Assembly (NCBI RefSeq): GCF_001458695.1 | Contig: NZ_LN885086.1 | Location: 1,620,001-1,652,000, forward strand | Direction of reading: 5' to 3' | Length of the DNA: 32,000 nucleotides | From: Candidatus Nitrospira inopinata | GTDB taxonomy: Bacteria; Nitrospirota; Nitrospiria; Nitrospirales; Nitrospiraceae | Part shown: in pieces, positions 7,061-14,653 of the stretch | Layout of the letters: the number at the start of each line of letters is the position of its first letter | Position numbering within the stretch: the first letter of the stretch is position 1 | Notes under the pieces: generated by a model | Seen by the model: only the letters and a program-made list of their open reading frames with translations | The model's database searches: none | Told to the model about the DNA's origin: nothing | Position numbers and translations under genes: made by a program

Positions 7061-8119
7061 TCAGGAACCAGGTTGCGGAGGGGATTGATTGGAAGAGCCG
7101 GTCTGAGCGGAGGACACCGATCTCGACCATTTCGCAAGCGTGCGCCCGATTTCCTGGGACGACAACGGGTAGTAGCCCAGATCCAGCGCCAGCTTTTGGC
7201 CTTGCCGGCTCAGCGCGAAACGAATCAATTCAACGACGGCCGGTGAGGGAGACGATTTGGGGGGCTTGGCAATGTACAGGTAAAGGTTCCTCCTCAAAGG
7301 ATATGAGCCGTCCGCGGCGCTTGCGAAGGTCGGCTCCACATAGCGTCCTCCCTTCACTGTGGCGATCGGAACCGGTTTCACGTAGGAGGTTCGATAGCCG
7401 ATCGAACTGAAGCCGATGCCGTGCCGATCCGACTCCATCTCAAGGATCACCGAGGCGGAACCGGGCTCCTCCGTCAATCGGGAACTCAACGGTCCGCCTT
7501 GGCACACCTCTTCCCTGAAAAACGCGCTGGTGCCGGACTGTGCATTTCGCCCATAGAGATGGACGGGCGCCGAAAACCACTCGCCGTCGAGTCCGACCGC
7601 TCCCCAGGTGTCGATGGGGTCGAGAGCGCCTCGCCGCCGTTCCTGGCAAAATATGGCGTCCAATTCTTCAAATGATAGGCCGGCGATCGGATTGGTCCGA
7701 TGAACGAACACGGCGAGGGCGTCGATGGCGACCGGCACCTCGGTCGGTTCGTAGCCGTACTCCTTGACGAATTCAGAAAGTTCGGCCGCGGTCATACGGT
7801 GAGAAAGCGCCGCGACTTCGGTTCGGTGTTCGAGCAGAGCTTCGAGGCCCGTCTTGGATCCTTGCCCCGACAGCGTCACCTTCAAGTTCGGATGTTTCTC
7901 GCGGAGGCCGTCAACCCAAGCCTGCATCAACGGGCTCATGGTGTTCGAGCCGGAGATCGTCAATTTGCCGGAGATCGGCTCACGATCGTCGGGGTAGAAG
8001 TAGGAAGCAAGGTCGGGGTCGAGAGAAGGGCGGATTTGCCCCCAACTCGCTTCTTCCAACGATGTCAGGGCGATCATGACGGCGATGAAGAGCCGTGTCC
8101 CCGCGTAAAAGAACGGCAT
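7061..8119 (-). CDS. pstS: Phosphate ABC transporter substrate-binding protein PstS family
   Basis: ATG 8119 follows AAGGAG. TM/signal FIAVMIALTSLEEA. Motifs include TISGSNTMSPLMQAW, LSGQGSKTGLEALL, YGRNAQSGTSAFF and YPLRRNLYLYI. Confidence 0.85.
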   Translation of the reverse strand: MPFFYAGTRLFIAVMIALTSLEEASWGQIRPSLDPDLASYFYPDDREPISGKLTISGSNTMSPLMQAWVDGLREKHPNLKVTLSGQGSKTGLEALLEHRTEVAALSHRMTAAELSEFVKEYGYEPTEVPVAIDALAVFVHRTNPIAGLSFEELDAIFCQERRRGALDPIDTWGAVGLDGEWFSAPVHLYGRNAQSGTSAFFREEVCQGGPLSSRLTEEPGSASVILEMESDRHGIGFSSIGYRTSYVKPVPIATVKGGRYVEPTFASAADGSYPLRRNLYLYIAKPPKSSPSPAVVELIRFALSRQGQKLALDLGYYPLSSQEIGRTLAKWSRSVSSAQTGSSNQSPPQPGS

Positions 8120-8212
8120 TGACGTGTCTCCTTCATGATTTTTAGACGACCCTACGAGCGTAACTGACTGGGCCAGAGTAGGGAGCGATCGTTTCCACCA
8201 AGTCAATGTCTT

Positions 8213-8230
8213 GTTAACTCCTCGTTAACT
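8213..8230 (-). promoter_or_regulatory. Pho-box-like perfect 7-4-7 direct repeat on the pstS strand: AGTTAAC GAGG AGTTAAC
   Basis: The reverse complement of gttaactcctcgttaact (8213-8230). It lies 94-111 nt upstream of the pstS ATG, in the pstS/regulator divergent region. Confidence 0.5.
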
Positions 8231-8303
8231 TGACAAGGCGGGAGGCTCCCCGCCATCAATTTTCCTCGTTTGAAAAACCAGAAGCCATCGGCCGATCCCG
8301 GCC

Positions 8304-8321
8304 AGTTTACAGACAATTTAC
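8304..8321 (+). promoter_or_regulatory. Pho-box-like 7-4-7 repeat: AGTTTAC AGAC AATTTAC, immediately upstream of the response-regulator gene
   Basis: 11-bp phased repeats. It is very close to the candidate start codons (8322/8337), so its role is uncertain. It could mediate autoregulation, or the true start may be further downstream (8358/8370). Confidence 0.3.
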
Positions 8322-8336
8322 ATGGAGCTAAGGACC

Positions 8337-9080
8337 ATGTTCCCGTGGCCTTTTAGGATGGACGCCGTCATGATGCAGTCCAGGCCCTCATCGGTAGTCG
8401 CCGCGCGAGAGACGATTCTCATCTTCTCCCGTTCCGAACCGTTCGTGGAGTCGATCAAGCGGACCTTTGACACGAACGGCTATCAGAGCACAAGCGTGGT
8501 GACGCTCGGCGCGGCGCTCTCAGCCGTGAAAGAACCGGGCGCGGCGCTGATCATTATCGACCGTCGACTCGGCGATGCCGGGACGATCCATCAACTTCGC
8601 GACGCGAGCGCGGCGCCGATTATCGCTGTACAGGATGCCGTGGACTCCTGCACGGACGAAGAATGTCTTCAAGATTACGAACGAGACATCGATCTTGTCG
8701 TCTGCACCAAAAGTCCCCGCGAACTGCTGGCCCGCGCGCGGGCGATCCTGCGCCGCCGGCTTCCACGAAGCGAGTCGCATCATTCTTACCAGGTCGGCAA
8801 GGTAAAAATGGACGTGGATCGCCACGAGGTGAGTGTCGGCGGACGGTTGGTCGAGTTGACTCCGAAAGAGTTTCAAATCCTCCGGCAGTTTTTGGAGTCC
8901 CCCAATCGCTTGTTCTCTCGCCAAGAGATGCTGAACAAAGTCTGGGGCGAAGGCTATGCTCTTGAAGAGCACGCGCTCGACGTCCATATCCATTCCCTGC
9001 GGCAAAAAATCGAATCCGATCCGGCCCGCCCGAGGCTGATCGTCACCGTCCGCGGTATCGGCTACAAACTGCGCGGATGA
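8337..9080 (+). CDS. OmpR/PhoB-family winged-helix response regulator with a degenerate receiver domain (orphan, no kinase in the window)
   Basis: C-terminal Trans_reg_C domain: LTPKEFQILRQFLESPNRLFSRQEMLNKVWG...LDVHIHSLRQKIE...IVTVRGIGYKL. The receiver-like N-terminus reads ILIFSRSEP...ALIIIDRRL...APIIAVQD...CTKSPRELLARARAILRR. The start is uncertain (8322, 8337, 8358 or 8370). Confidence 0.8.
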   Translation: MFPWPFRMDAVMMQSRPSSVVAARETILIFSRSEPFVESIKRTFDTNGYQSTSVVTLGAALSAVKEPGAALIIIDRRLGDAGTIHQLRDASAAPIIAVQDAVDSCTDEECLQDYERDIDLVVCTKSPRELLARARAILRRRLPRSESHHSYQVGKVKMDVDRHEVSVGGRLVELTPKEFQILRQFLESPNRLFSRQEMLNKVWGEGYALEEHALDVHIHSLRQKIESDPARPRLIVTVRGIGYKLRG

Positions 9081-9178
9081 CCGATTCTCCGCCGACGCGC
9101 CGACTCTCCATCGGATCCTCCCTCGCGCCTGAAGGCGGGGTCAAGGAGGAGACGTTGTCCCGGCGAAGAAAGAGACGC

Positions 9179-9562
9179 TTACAGCTCGTCGATCGAGACG
9201 GGACGAAGCAAGTCTCCTACGGACAGAACGCCCACCACGGTGCCGTCCTTCATGACGCCGACGTGCAGCGATTGATGCTTGCTCATGAGATCGGCCGCTT
9301 CCGTCAACGGGCGCCGCTCTTCGATGCCGACCACCGGGGTGCTCATGATGTCTTCCACCGGCACGAAATAAGGCGTGCGGTCCGCCCCGACGACCTTTTT
9401 GACGATGTCGGATTCCGTCACCATGCCGACGATGCGTGATTGGCGGGACACGAGGACGCTGGCGATGTTGAAGCTTCTCATCAGTTTGGCCGCTTCGATC
9501 ACCGAGGTTCGGCAGTCCACCGTAACGGGCTCTTTCTTCATCAGTTGTCCGACCGTGACCAT
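9179..9562 (-). CDS. Stand-alone CBS-pair domain protein
   Basis: ATG 9562 follows AAGGAGG. Two CBS motifs: VGQLMKKEPVTVDCRTSVIEAAKLMRSFNIASVLV and VEDIMSTPVVGIEERRPLTEAADLMSKHQSLHVGVM. Confidence 0.85.
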   Translation of the reverse strand: MVTVGQLMKKEPVTVDCRTSVIEAAKLMRSFNIASVLVSRQSRIVGMVTESDIVKKVVGADRTPYFVPVEDIMSTPVVGIEERRPLTEAADLMSKHQSLHVGVMKDGTVVGVLSVGDLLRPVSIDEL

Positions 9563-9594
9563 CGTGAGCCTCCTTGGTAAGCGGGTTGTCCTAT

Positions 9595-9614
9595 CCGGAA
9601 GCCTAGGCTTCCGG
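9595..9614. promoter_or_regulatory. Perfect 20-bp palindrome CCGGAAGCCTAGGCTTCCGG in the divergent CBS/glycosyltransferase promoter region
   Basis: Read directly. The sequence equals its own reverse complement. Both flanking genes point away from it, so an operator is more likely than a terminator. Confidence 0.4.
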
Positions 9615-9754
9615 GGTTGCGTCTGCGTTAGAGGATCGTTGTCTGGCGGTAAAGAGTGCATTTTGGTCGGTCCCGGCTGAAATTCCACAAGAAGGCCGGC
9701 CGTGAGCGGTGTTTCGACAAACGTCATCGACCATGCGGACGAAGAGATTGGACC

Positions 9755-10768
9755 ATGAAAATCACGATCGCGACTGATGCCTGGCTGCCACAGGTCAACG
9801 GCGTCGTGCGCACGCTCGGACACACGGTCGATCATCTCCGAGCGTTAGGGCACGACGTGCGGCTCATCACCCCACGAGATTTCAGGACATATCCCTGCCC
9901 CACCTATCCCTCGATCCGTCTTGCGCTGTTTCCCAAACCGGGCGTGAAGCGGGCGCTGAAAGAGTTCCGGCCCCACGCCGTTCACATCGCCACCGAAGGA
10001 CCCATCGGCCACGCGGCGCGAGCCTTGTGCCGAAAACGGTCGTTGCCGTTCACGACCTCGTACCATACTCAATTCCCGGAGTACGTCCGGGCGCGATGTC
10101 CGATCCCCGTGGATTGGTCGTACGCCTATCTGCGCCGATTTCACGGCCGCGCCGTCCGGACCATGATCGCCACGGAGTCGATGCGGAGCCTCTTGCGCGA
10201 GCGGGGATTCAAAAGCCTGGAAATCTGGGCGAGGGGCGTGGATTCGACTCTGTTTCGGCCGGGATCCAAATCGCTGCTGGCCGATCCCAGGCCCATCTCC
10301 ATGTACATGGGGCGGGTGGCGGTCGAAAAGAACGTCGAGGCATTCTTACAGCTCGATCTGCCGGGCTCCAAGTACGTGGTGGGAGATGGTCCTGATCTGG
10401 AGCCGCTGCGCCGTCGATATCCCGACGTCCGGTTTACGGGGAGGAAATCGGGACAGGAGCTGGCGGCATACCTTGCGGCGGCCGACGTTTTCGTTTTTCC
10501 CAGCCTCACCGATACGTTCGGCTTAGTTCTGTTGGAGGCCATGGCCTGCGGCGTGCCGGTCGCGGCCTATCCGGTGACCGGCCCGATCGACGTCGTTCAA
10601 CAGGGCAAGACCGGCGTGCTCGACTACGACTTGCGCCGGGCCGTTCTCGGCGCGCTCACGCTCGATCCGGCCGATTGCGTGGCCTACGCCCGGCAACAGT
10701 CCTGGCGCAACTGCACGGAACGATTTCTCTCGTTGTTGGCGCCGTTTGATGAAGACCGGTGGGGATAG
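9755..10768 (+). CDS. GT4-family (GT-B fold) glycosyltransferase, Agt/SqdX-like lipid glycosyltransferase type
   Basis: MKITIATDAWLPQVNGVVRTLGHTV... at the N-terminus. C-terminal half GRVAVEKNVEAF...FVFPSLTDTFGLVLLEAMACGVPVAAYPVTGPIDVV carries the EX7E-type motif. Confidence 0.85.
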   Translation: MKITIATDAWLPQVNGVVRTLGHTVDHLRALGHDVRLITPRDFRTYPCPTYPSIRLALFPKPGVKRALKEFRPHAVHIATEGPIGHAARALCRKRSLPFTTSYHTQFPEYVRARCPIPVDWSYAYLRRFHGRAVRTMIATESMRSLLRERGFKSLEIWARGVDSTLFRPGSKSLLADPRPISMYMGRVAVEKNVEAFLQLDLPGSKYVVGDGPDLEPLRRRYPDVRFTGRKSGQELAAYLAAADVFVFPSLTDTFGLVLLEAMACGVPVAAYPVTGPIDVVQQGKTGVLDYDLRRAVLGALTLDPADCVAYARQQSWRNCTERFLSLLAPFDEDRWG

Positions 10769-10874
10769 CGGATCGGGTCGGATCTCTTCCCTCCGGCTCG
10801 GCTGCGGCACGTGTATCGTTCGGTGCGCGGCCGAGCGGTTTCTTCGTGAAGGCGGGGGAGCTTCATTTTTTCGC

Positions 10875-10964
10875 TCACTCGCCATCCGTCCCGACCGAGC
10901 CAAAGGCCTTGTACAGCACTCCTAAGGCGGCACAGATCATGAGCATTCCGCCGATCACCATCAT
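10875..10964 (-). CDS. Candidate 29-aa hydrophobic micro-protein (MMVIGGMLMICAALGVLYKAFGSVGTDGE)
   Basis: Not in the ORF track because it is under 60 aa. On the minus strand, AAAGGAGGTGA lies 9-12 nt upstream of ATGATG. One predicted TM helix. It sits 170 nt downstream of the aminotransferase-fusion stop, on the same strand. Confidence 0.35.
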   Translation of the reverse strand: MMVIGGMLMICAALGVLYKAFGSVGTDGE

Positions 10965-11133
10965 TGCTTGAGTTCACCTCCTTTCACGCCTCATCATGTG
11001 ATGCGTGACGACGCCGGAAGGCAGCCGTTGAATCCACAGGGCCGCTGTTTGACTCCGTGCCTCGCGAGGATTCCCGCCCGCTCCTTCACAGCCCGTCGAA
11101 TGCAAAAGCGGAAATTATGACATTCGGCCCGTC

Positions 11134-13491
11134 TCAGTGTTTCGGGCTTACTTGATTCGTTGAATAGGGCGGCAAAAACGCGCGCCATCCTCCGGCTGAT
11201 CGAGGCACGTAGGCCTTGATGTCCGTAAACGGATCGGTGACCAGCTTGACGAACCAGATCATGGAAGTCCGAAAGTCATGCAGCCAGGCCAAATAGGCCA
11301 CGCGGCCGAAGACCACCACCAGCGTCAGTCCCCACCATTGCTGGGCGATGGTCGGCCACTTGTCGAGAAAAGCCGCCCACGTCCAGGCGTCGGCTCCCAG
11401 CATGTTGGCGATGGGAATCGCGCAGTAGGCCGCGACGATCATGGTCTTATTCGGCGTGTTGAAGCCGAGCAGCAATTCCTCCTTGTCGTGGCAGGGCGGC
11501 TCGATGACGGCGTGGCCGAACTGTCGGACGAACAGCGCGGCGAGACTGGCGGTGACCGCCGTCGTGAGGTCGGCGAAGATCAAGGCGTAGCAGTAGATGA
11601 AGACGCTGGAGCTGAGCAGGTGCAACAATTGATTCAGGGGGTGGCTGTGCGAGGCCACGTGATCGTCGTGTTTGCGACGCATCACCTCGGCGTAGAACGT
11701 TCGCAACGGCTTGGGGATCTGCACGATGCTGCCGATCATTTCCCGCGTCAGTCTCGATTTCATGGCTTTCCTCCGTTCCGGTTGATCGAGTTCCTCCGGC
11801 CACCAGCCGTCGGCCGCCATGCGCGAGGCCGCGGCGATCAGTTTGTCCCGCAGGGCGTCGTAATGGTCCGGCCCGAAGGCCATGTTGCTGAGGCATCGGC
11901 CGGTGCCGACCCAACTCAGCGTCACGCCTTCGGCGCGCAGATAGTATTGCAGCAGCCAGTTGTACCGCCCCGGTCGTTGAAACAGGATGGTCCAGACCGT
12001 CGCCAGATTGACGACGCGCAGCGGCAGCGAGCGCTCCGCGAAATCCTTGTTCACCGACGCCGCCCACGCGGCGCAGCGCTCGTTGGCCTCGTCGTAGCGT
12101 TGCCTGGTATGCGGATCGGTGGCCCAGTGCAGGAATTCGTTCATCGCCCCCATCACGTGCGGGTGGGCTGAAAACGTGCCGATCACGTAAGCCACTCTCA
12201 TCGGGTGATCGGGGTCGAAGCGGCGCATGAGGTCTTTTTTCCCGCAACAGACGCCGACCGGCAGTCCTCCGCCGACCGTTTTGCCGTAGACGACGAGATC
12301 GGCTTGGACGCCGAAATACTCCTGCGCCCCGCCGGGCGCCAGCCGGAAGCCCGAGTACACTTCGTCGAAGATCAGCGGGATGTCGCAGGCCGTGCAGACC
12401 TCGCGGAGTCGTGTGAGCCACTGGGCGTAGGGCGCATGGGCGTCCAGCGTCTTTCGGATGTCGCTCGTGAGGAGGATGGCGTCGCTCGGCGGCGGCGAGT
12501 TGGGATGGAACGATTGGATCGGATTGACGACGACCGCGGCGACATCGTTTTTCATCCGGCGGATGGCTTCAAGCGACGCGGAATCGACGTCCTTCAGCGT
12601 GACGCAGTCCTTGATTTCCCGCTCGCTGCCCAGCCCCGGCTGCACTCCGTCCCACCAGCCGTGGTAGGCGCCGGCGAAACAGACGATGGATTTTCGACCC
12701 GTATTGAATCGCGCGAGCCTGATCGCGGCCATGACGGCCTCGGTGCCGCTCATGTGGAACGACACCTCGTCCAGCTTCGAGATCGATTTGAGCATGGCGA
12801 TGTTCTCGGCGACGATCGGGTGCAGCGGGCCCAACACGGGGCCCAGATCCTTGACGCGCTCCCATCCTCTCTCCATCCACTCTTTATATTGATCGTAGCC
12901 GGCGACGTTCACGCCGTAGGAGCCGGTGACGTCCAGCGACCAGTTGCCGTCGAGATCCCGCAACATCGGGCCTTGGGAGGCGGTCACCACCGAGCAGAGA
13001 TTGAACTTCTCCCGCATGACCTTCGCGAAGGGGAAGGGAACCCGGCCTGCGTCCGTGAACCGGAGATCGGAAAGACCGTCGCGAATCTTGTCGCCCCAGG
13101 CGATCGACTGCGAGTGGTGTTTCTGGAAATGGTCGGCCAGGCGATCAAGGGCGCGGCGGCGTTTGGCCGCCGTCGCTTGATCGGCGCCGTCGGCTGTGAA
13201 AAAGGCCTCCTGCGAGTAGTCGCTGGTTTTGACCCAGGGAGCCAGCAGCCGGGAAATCTCCGGAGTGAACGAACGGGCCCGGAGGATGACCAAGGCGCGA
13301 TACAGTTTCGCGAACAAGAGCGCGAACAAAAGAATGAGCAGGCCGACGCCGAGCACAATGCCCGCATCGGGCCATCCCATCTCGCCCATCTCGCACGCCG
13401 AGGACCGGCTCAAACCGGCGCAGGCGCTCCATCCTTCAATGCCTTCAAGGGACCGTTCAAGGGACTCGCGGTCAAGGAACTCGCCGAACAT
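11134..13491 (-). CDS. Membrane-anchored class-III (GSA-aminomutase-like) PLP aminotransferase fused to a C-terminal Mpo1-like/DUF962 membrane domain
   Basis: ATG 13491 follows AAGGAGG, so the track start at 13650 would overlap the upstream gene. N-terminal TM helix GIVLGVGLLILLFALLFAKLY. Aminotransferase motifs are SFHMSGTEAVMAAIRLAR, IFDEVYSGFR and DLVVYGKTVGGGLPVG (Lys codon 12280-12282). The C-terminal roughly 165 aa carry HSHPLNQLLH (11620-11649), VRQFGHAVIEPP and about 4 TM helices, as in yeast Mpo1 (HHNPKNVLIH, QFVGHGVFE). Confidence 0.85.
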   Translation of the reverse strand: MFGEFLDRESLERSLEGIEGWSACAGLSRSSACEMGEMGWPDAGIVLGVGLLILLFALLFAKLYRALVILRARSFTPEISRLLAPWVKTSDYSQEAFFTADGADQATAAKRRRALDRLADHFQKHHSQSIAWGDKIRDGLSDLRFTDAGRVPFPFAKVMREKFNLCSVVTASQGPMLRDLDGNWSLDVTGSYGVNVAGYDQYKEWMERGWERVKDLGPVLGPLHPIVAENIAMLKSISKLDEVSFHMSGTEAVMAAIRLARFNTGRKSIVCFAGAYHGWWDGVQPGLGSEREIKDCVTLKDVDSASLEAIRRMKNDVAAVVVNPIQSFHPNSPPPSDAILLTSDIRKTLDAHAPYAQWLTRLREVCTACDIPLIFDEVYSGFRLAPGGAQEYFGVQADLVVYGKTVGGGLPVGVCCGKKDLMRRFDPDHPMRVAYVIGTFSAHPHVMGAMNEFLHWATDPHTRQRYDEANERCAAWAASVNKDFAERSLPLRVVNLATVWTILFQRPGRYNWLLQYYLRAEGVTLSWVGTGRCLSNMAFGPDHYDALRDKLIAAASRMAADGWWPEELDQPERRKAMKSRLTREMIGSIVQIPKPLRTFYAEVMRRKHDDHVASHSHPLNQLLHLLSSSVFIYCYALIFADLTTAVTASLAALFVRQFGHAVIEPPCHDKEELLLGFNTPNKTMIVAAYCAIPIANMLGADAWTWAAFLDKWPTIAQQWWGLTLVVVFGRVAYLAWLHDFRTSMIWFVKLVTDPFTDIKAYVPRSAGGWRAFLPPYSTNQVSPKH

Positions 13492-13535
13492 CAGGCCCTC
13501 CTTTCTCCATTCTCCATGTGGATGTGGAATCGGCT

Positions 13536-14393
13536 TTACGCGACGGATCGATTGGTGGCGGTGACGACGAGCTCTTCTTCGGGGAACAAGGCCAGCCGAT
13601 CCCGATCCACCAGGCGGGAATGTTTGAGGCTGGCGACGGTGTCCGCCCACCGCAACAGCTCCAGACTGCCGTCATGGTGCTCCACCAGCGCGCTGCAACT
13701 CTCGACCCAATCGCCGCAGTTGCAGTAGATCACGTCGTTCAATCTGGTGATTTCTGGACGGTGAATGTGCCCGCAGACCACGCCTTCGACGCCGAGACGA
13801 GCCGTCTCGTACGCCACCGCCCTTTCGAAATTGCTGATGAACTGCACGGCGTTTTTCACTTTGTGCTTCAGAAAGCCCGCCAGCGACCAGTGCGGCAAGT
13901 CGAGCTTTCGACGGAACCAATGGACGAGATAATTGGCTTTCAGCAGCCAGTCGTACAGCCGGGTGCCCAGCATCGCGATGGCGCGGGAACTCCGAACCAC
14001 GCTGTCGAATTTGTCCCCGTGCGTGACCAACAGACGCCGGCCGTCGGCGCCGGTATGAATCGCTTCCTTCACGATGTGGACGTTGCCGAAGGTCATGTCG
14101 TGATAGTCGCGCAATAGCTCGTCGTGATTGCCGGGAACGTAGACGACCTTGGTGCCGTGCTTGGCCTTGCCCAAAATCGTCCGCACGACGTTGTTGTGCG
14201 ACTGCGGCCAAAACATGCGTTTCTTCATTTCCCAGATATCGATGATGTCGCCGACCAGGTAGAGATACTCGCAATGGACGGAATGAAGGAAATCGAGCAG
14301 GTGATCGGCGCTGCAACCGCGGAATCCCAGATGGACGTCGGAAATCCAGACCGTGCGAAAGGACCACGCGCGGAATTCCTTCGGTTTCTTCAT
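13536..14393 (-). CDS. LpxH/COG2908-family metallophosphoesterase, usually annotated UDP-2,3-diacylglucosamine diphosphatase. It resembles the PlcP-type phospholipase C clade.
   Basis: ATG 14393 follows GGAGG. Motifs WISDVHLG, YLVGDIIDIW, WPQSHNNVV, VPGNHDE, THGDKFD, CGHIHRP and CGDWVESCSA. It ends 44 nt upstream of the aminotransferase-fusion start. Confidence 0.85.
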   Translation of the reverse strand: MKKPKEFRAWSFRTVWISDVHLGFRGCSADHLLDFLHSVHCEYLYLVGDIIDIWEMKKRMFWPQSHNNVVRTILGKAKHGTKVVYVPGNHDELLRDYHDMTFGNVHIVKEAIHTGADGRRLLVTHGDKFDSVVRSSRAIAMLGTRLYDWLLKANYLVHWFRRKLDLPHWSLAGFLKHKVKNAVQFISNFERAVAYETARLGVEGVVCGHIHRPEITRLNDVIYCNCGDWVESCSALVEHHDGSLELLRWADTVASLKHSRLVDRDRLALFPEEELVVTATNRSVA

Positions 14394-14617
14394 TCGTTCG
14401 GCCTCCAATGAAGATGACAGACGCCGGGGTATCATGGGGCGGAGCTTATAACGGCGATGTTTCCGGCTGATTAGGATCGCAAGGGAAGCGCATGAACTCT
14501 TGATGTGAAAACGGTGACGCGCGAAACAGACTTCTAATGAACGAACGAGAAGAAAAAAGAGGAGAAGGTGAAGAAAGGAAACGGAGAGTGCGCAAAGAAA
14601 CGAAGCGTTGGCGCAAA

Positions 14618-14641
14618 ACGGTCATCAGCACGGTCATCAGC
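14618..14641. repeat. Perfect 12-bp tandem duplication ACGGTCATCAGC x2 in the plcP-like/hydrolase divergent region
   Basis: Read directly at 14618-14629 and 14630-14641. Confidence 0.9.
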
Positions 14642-14653
14642 CCAGCCCGGTCG

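Noticed and set aside
13492-13650. N-terminal extensions suggested by the longest-ORF track (13650 for the fusion, 14435 for plcP-like, 1410, 2215, 4513, 8206, 9835, 9656, 18526, 29625)
   Set aside because: In each case an internal ATG with a strong AGGAGG-type SD exists. That ATG either gives a proper signal peptide or domain start, or avoids overlap with the upstream gene.
12205-13728. 507-aa ORF antisense to the aminotransferase fusion and plcP-like genes, together with 11278-12171 (+) and 11447-12421 (-) in alternative frames
   Set aside because: The translations are Arg/Asp/Gly-rich and lack motifs. They completely overlap a CDS with strong aminotransferase and Mpo1-like motifs.
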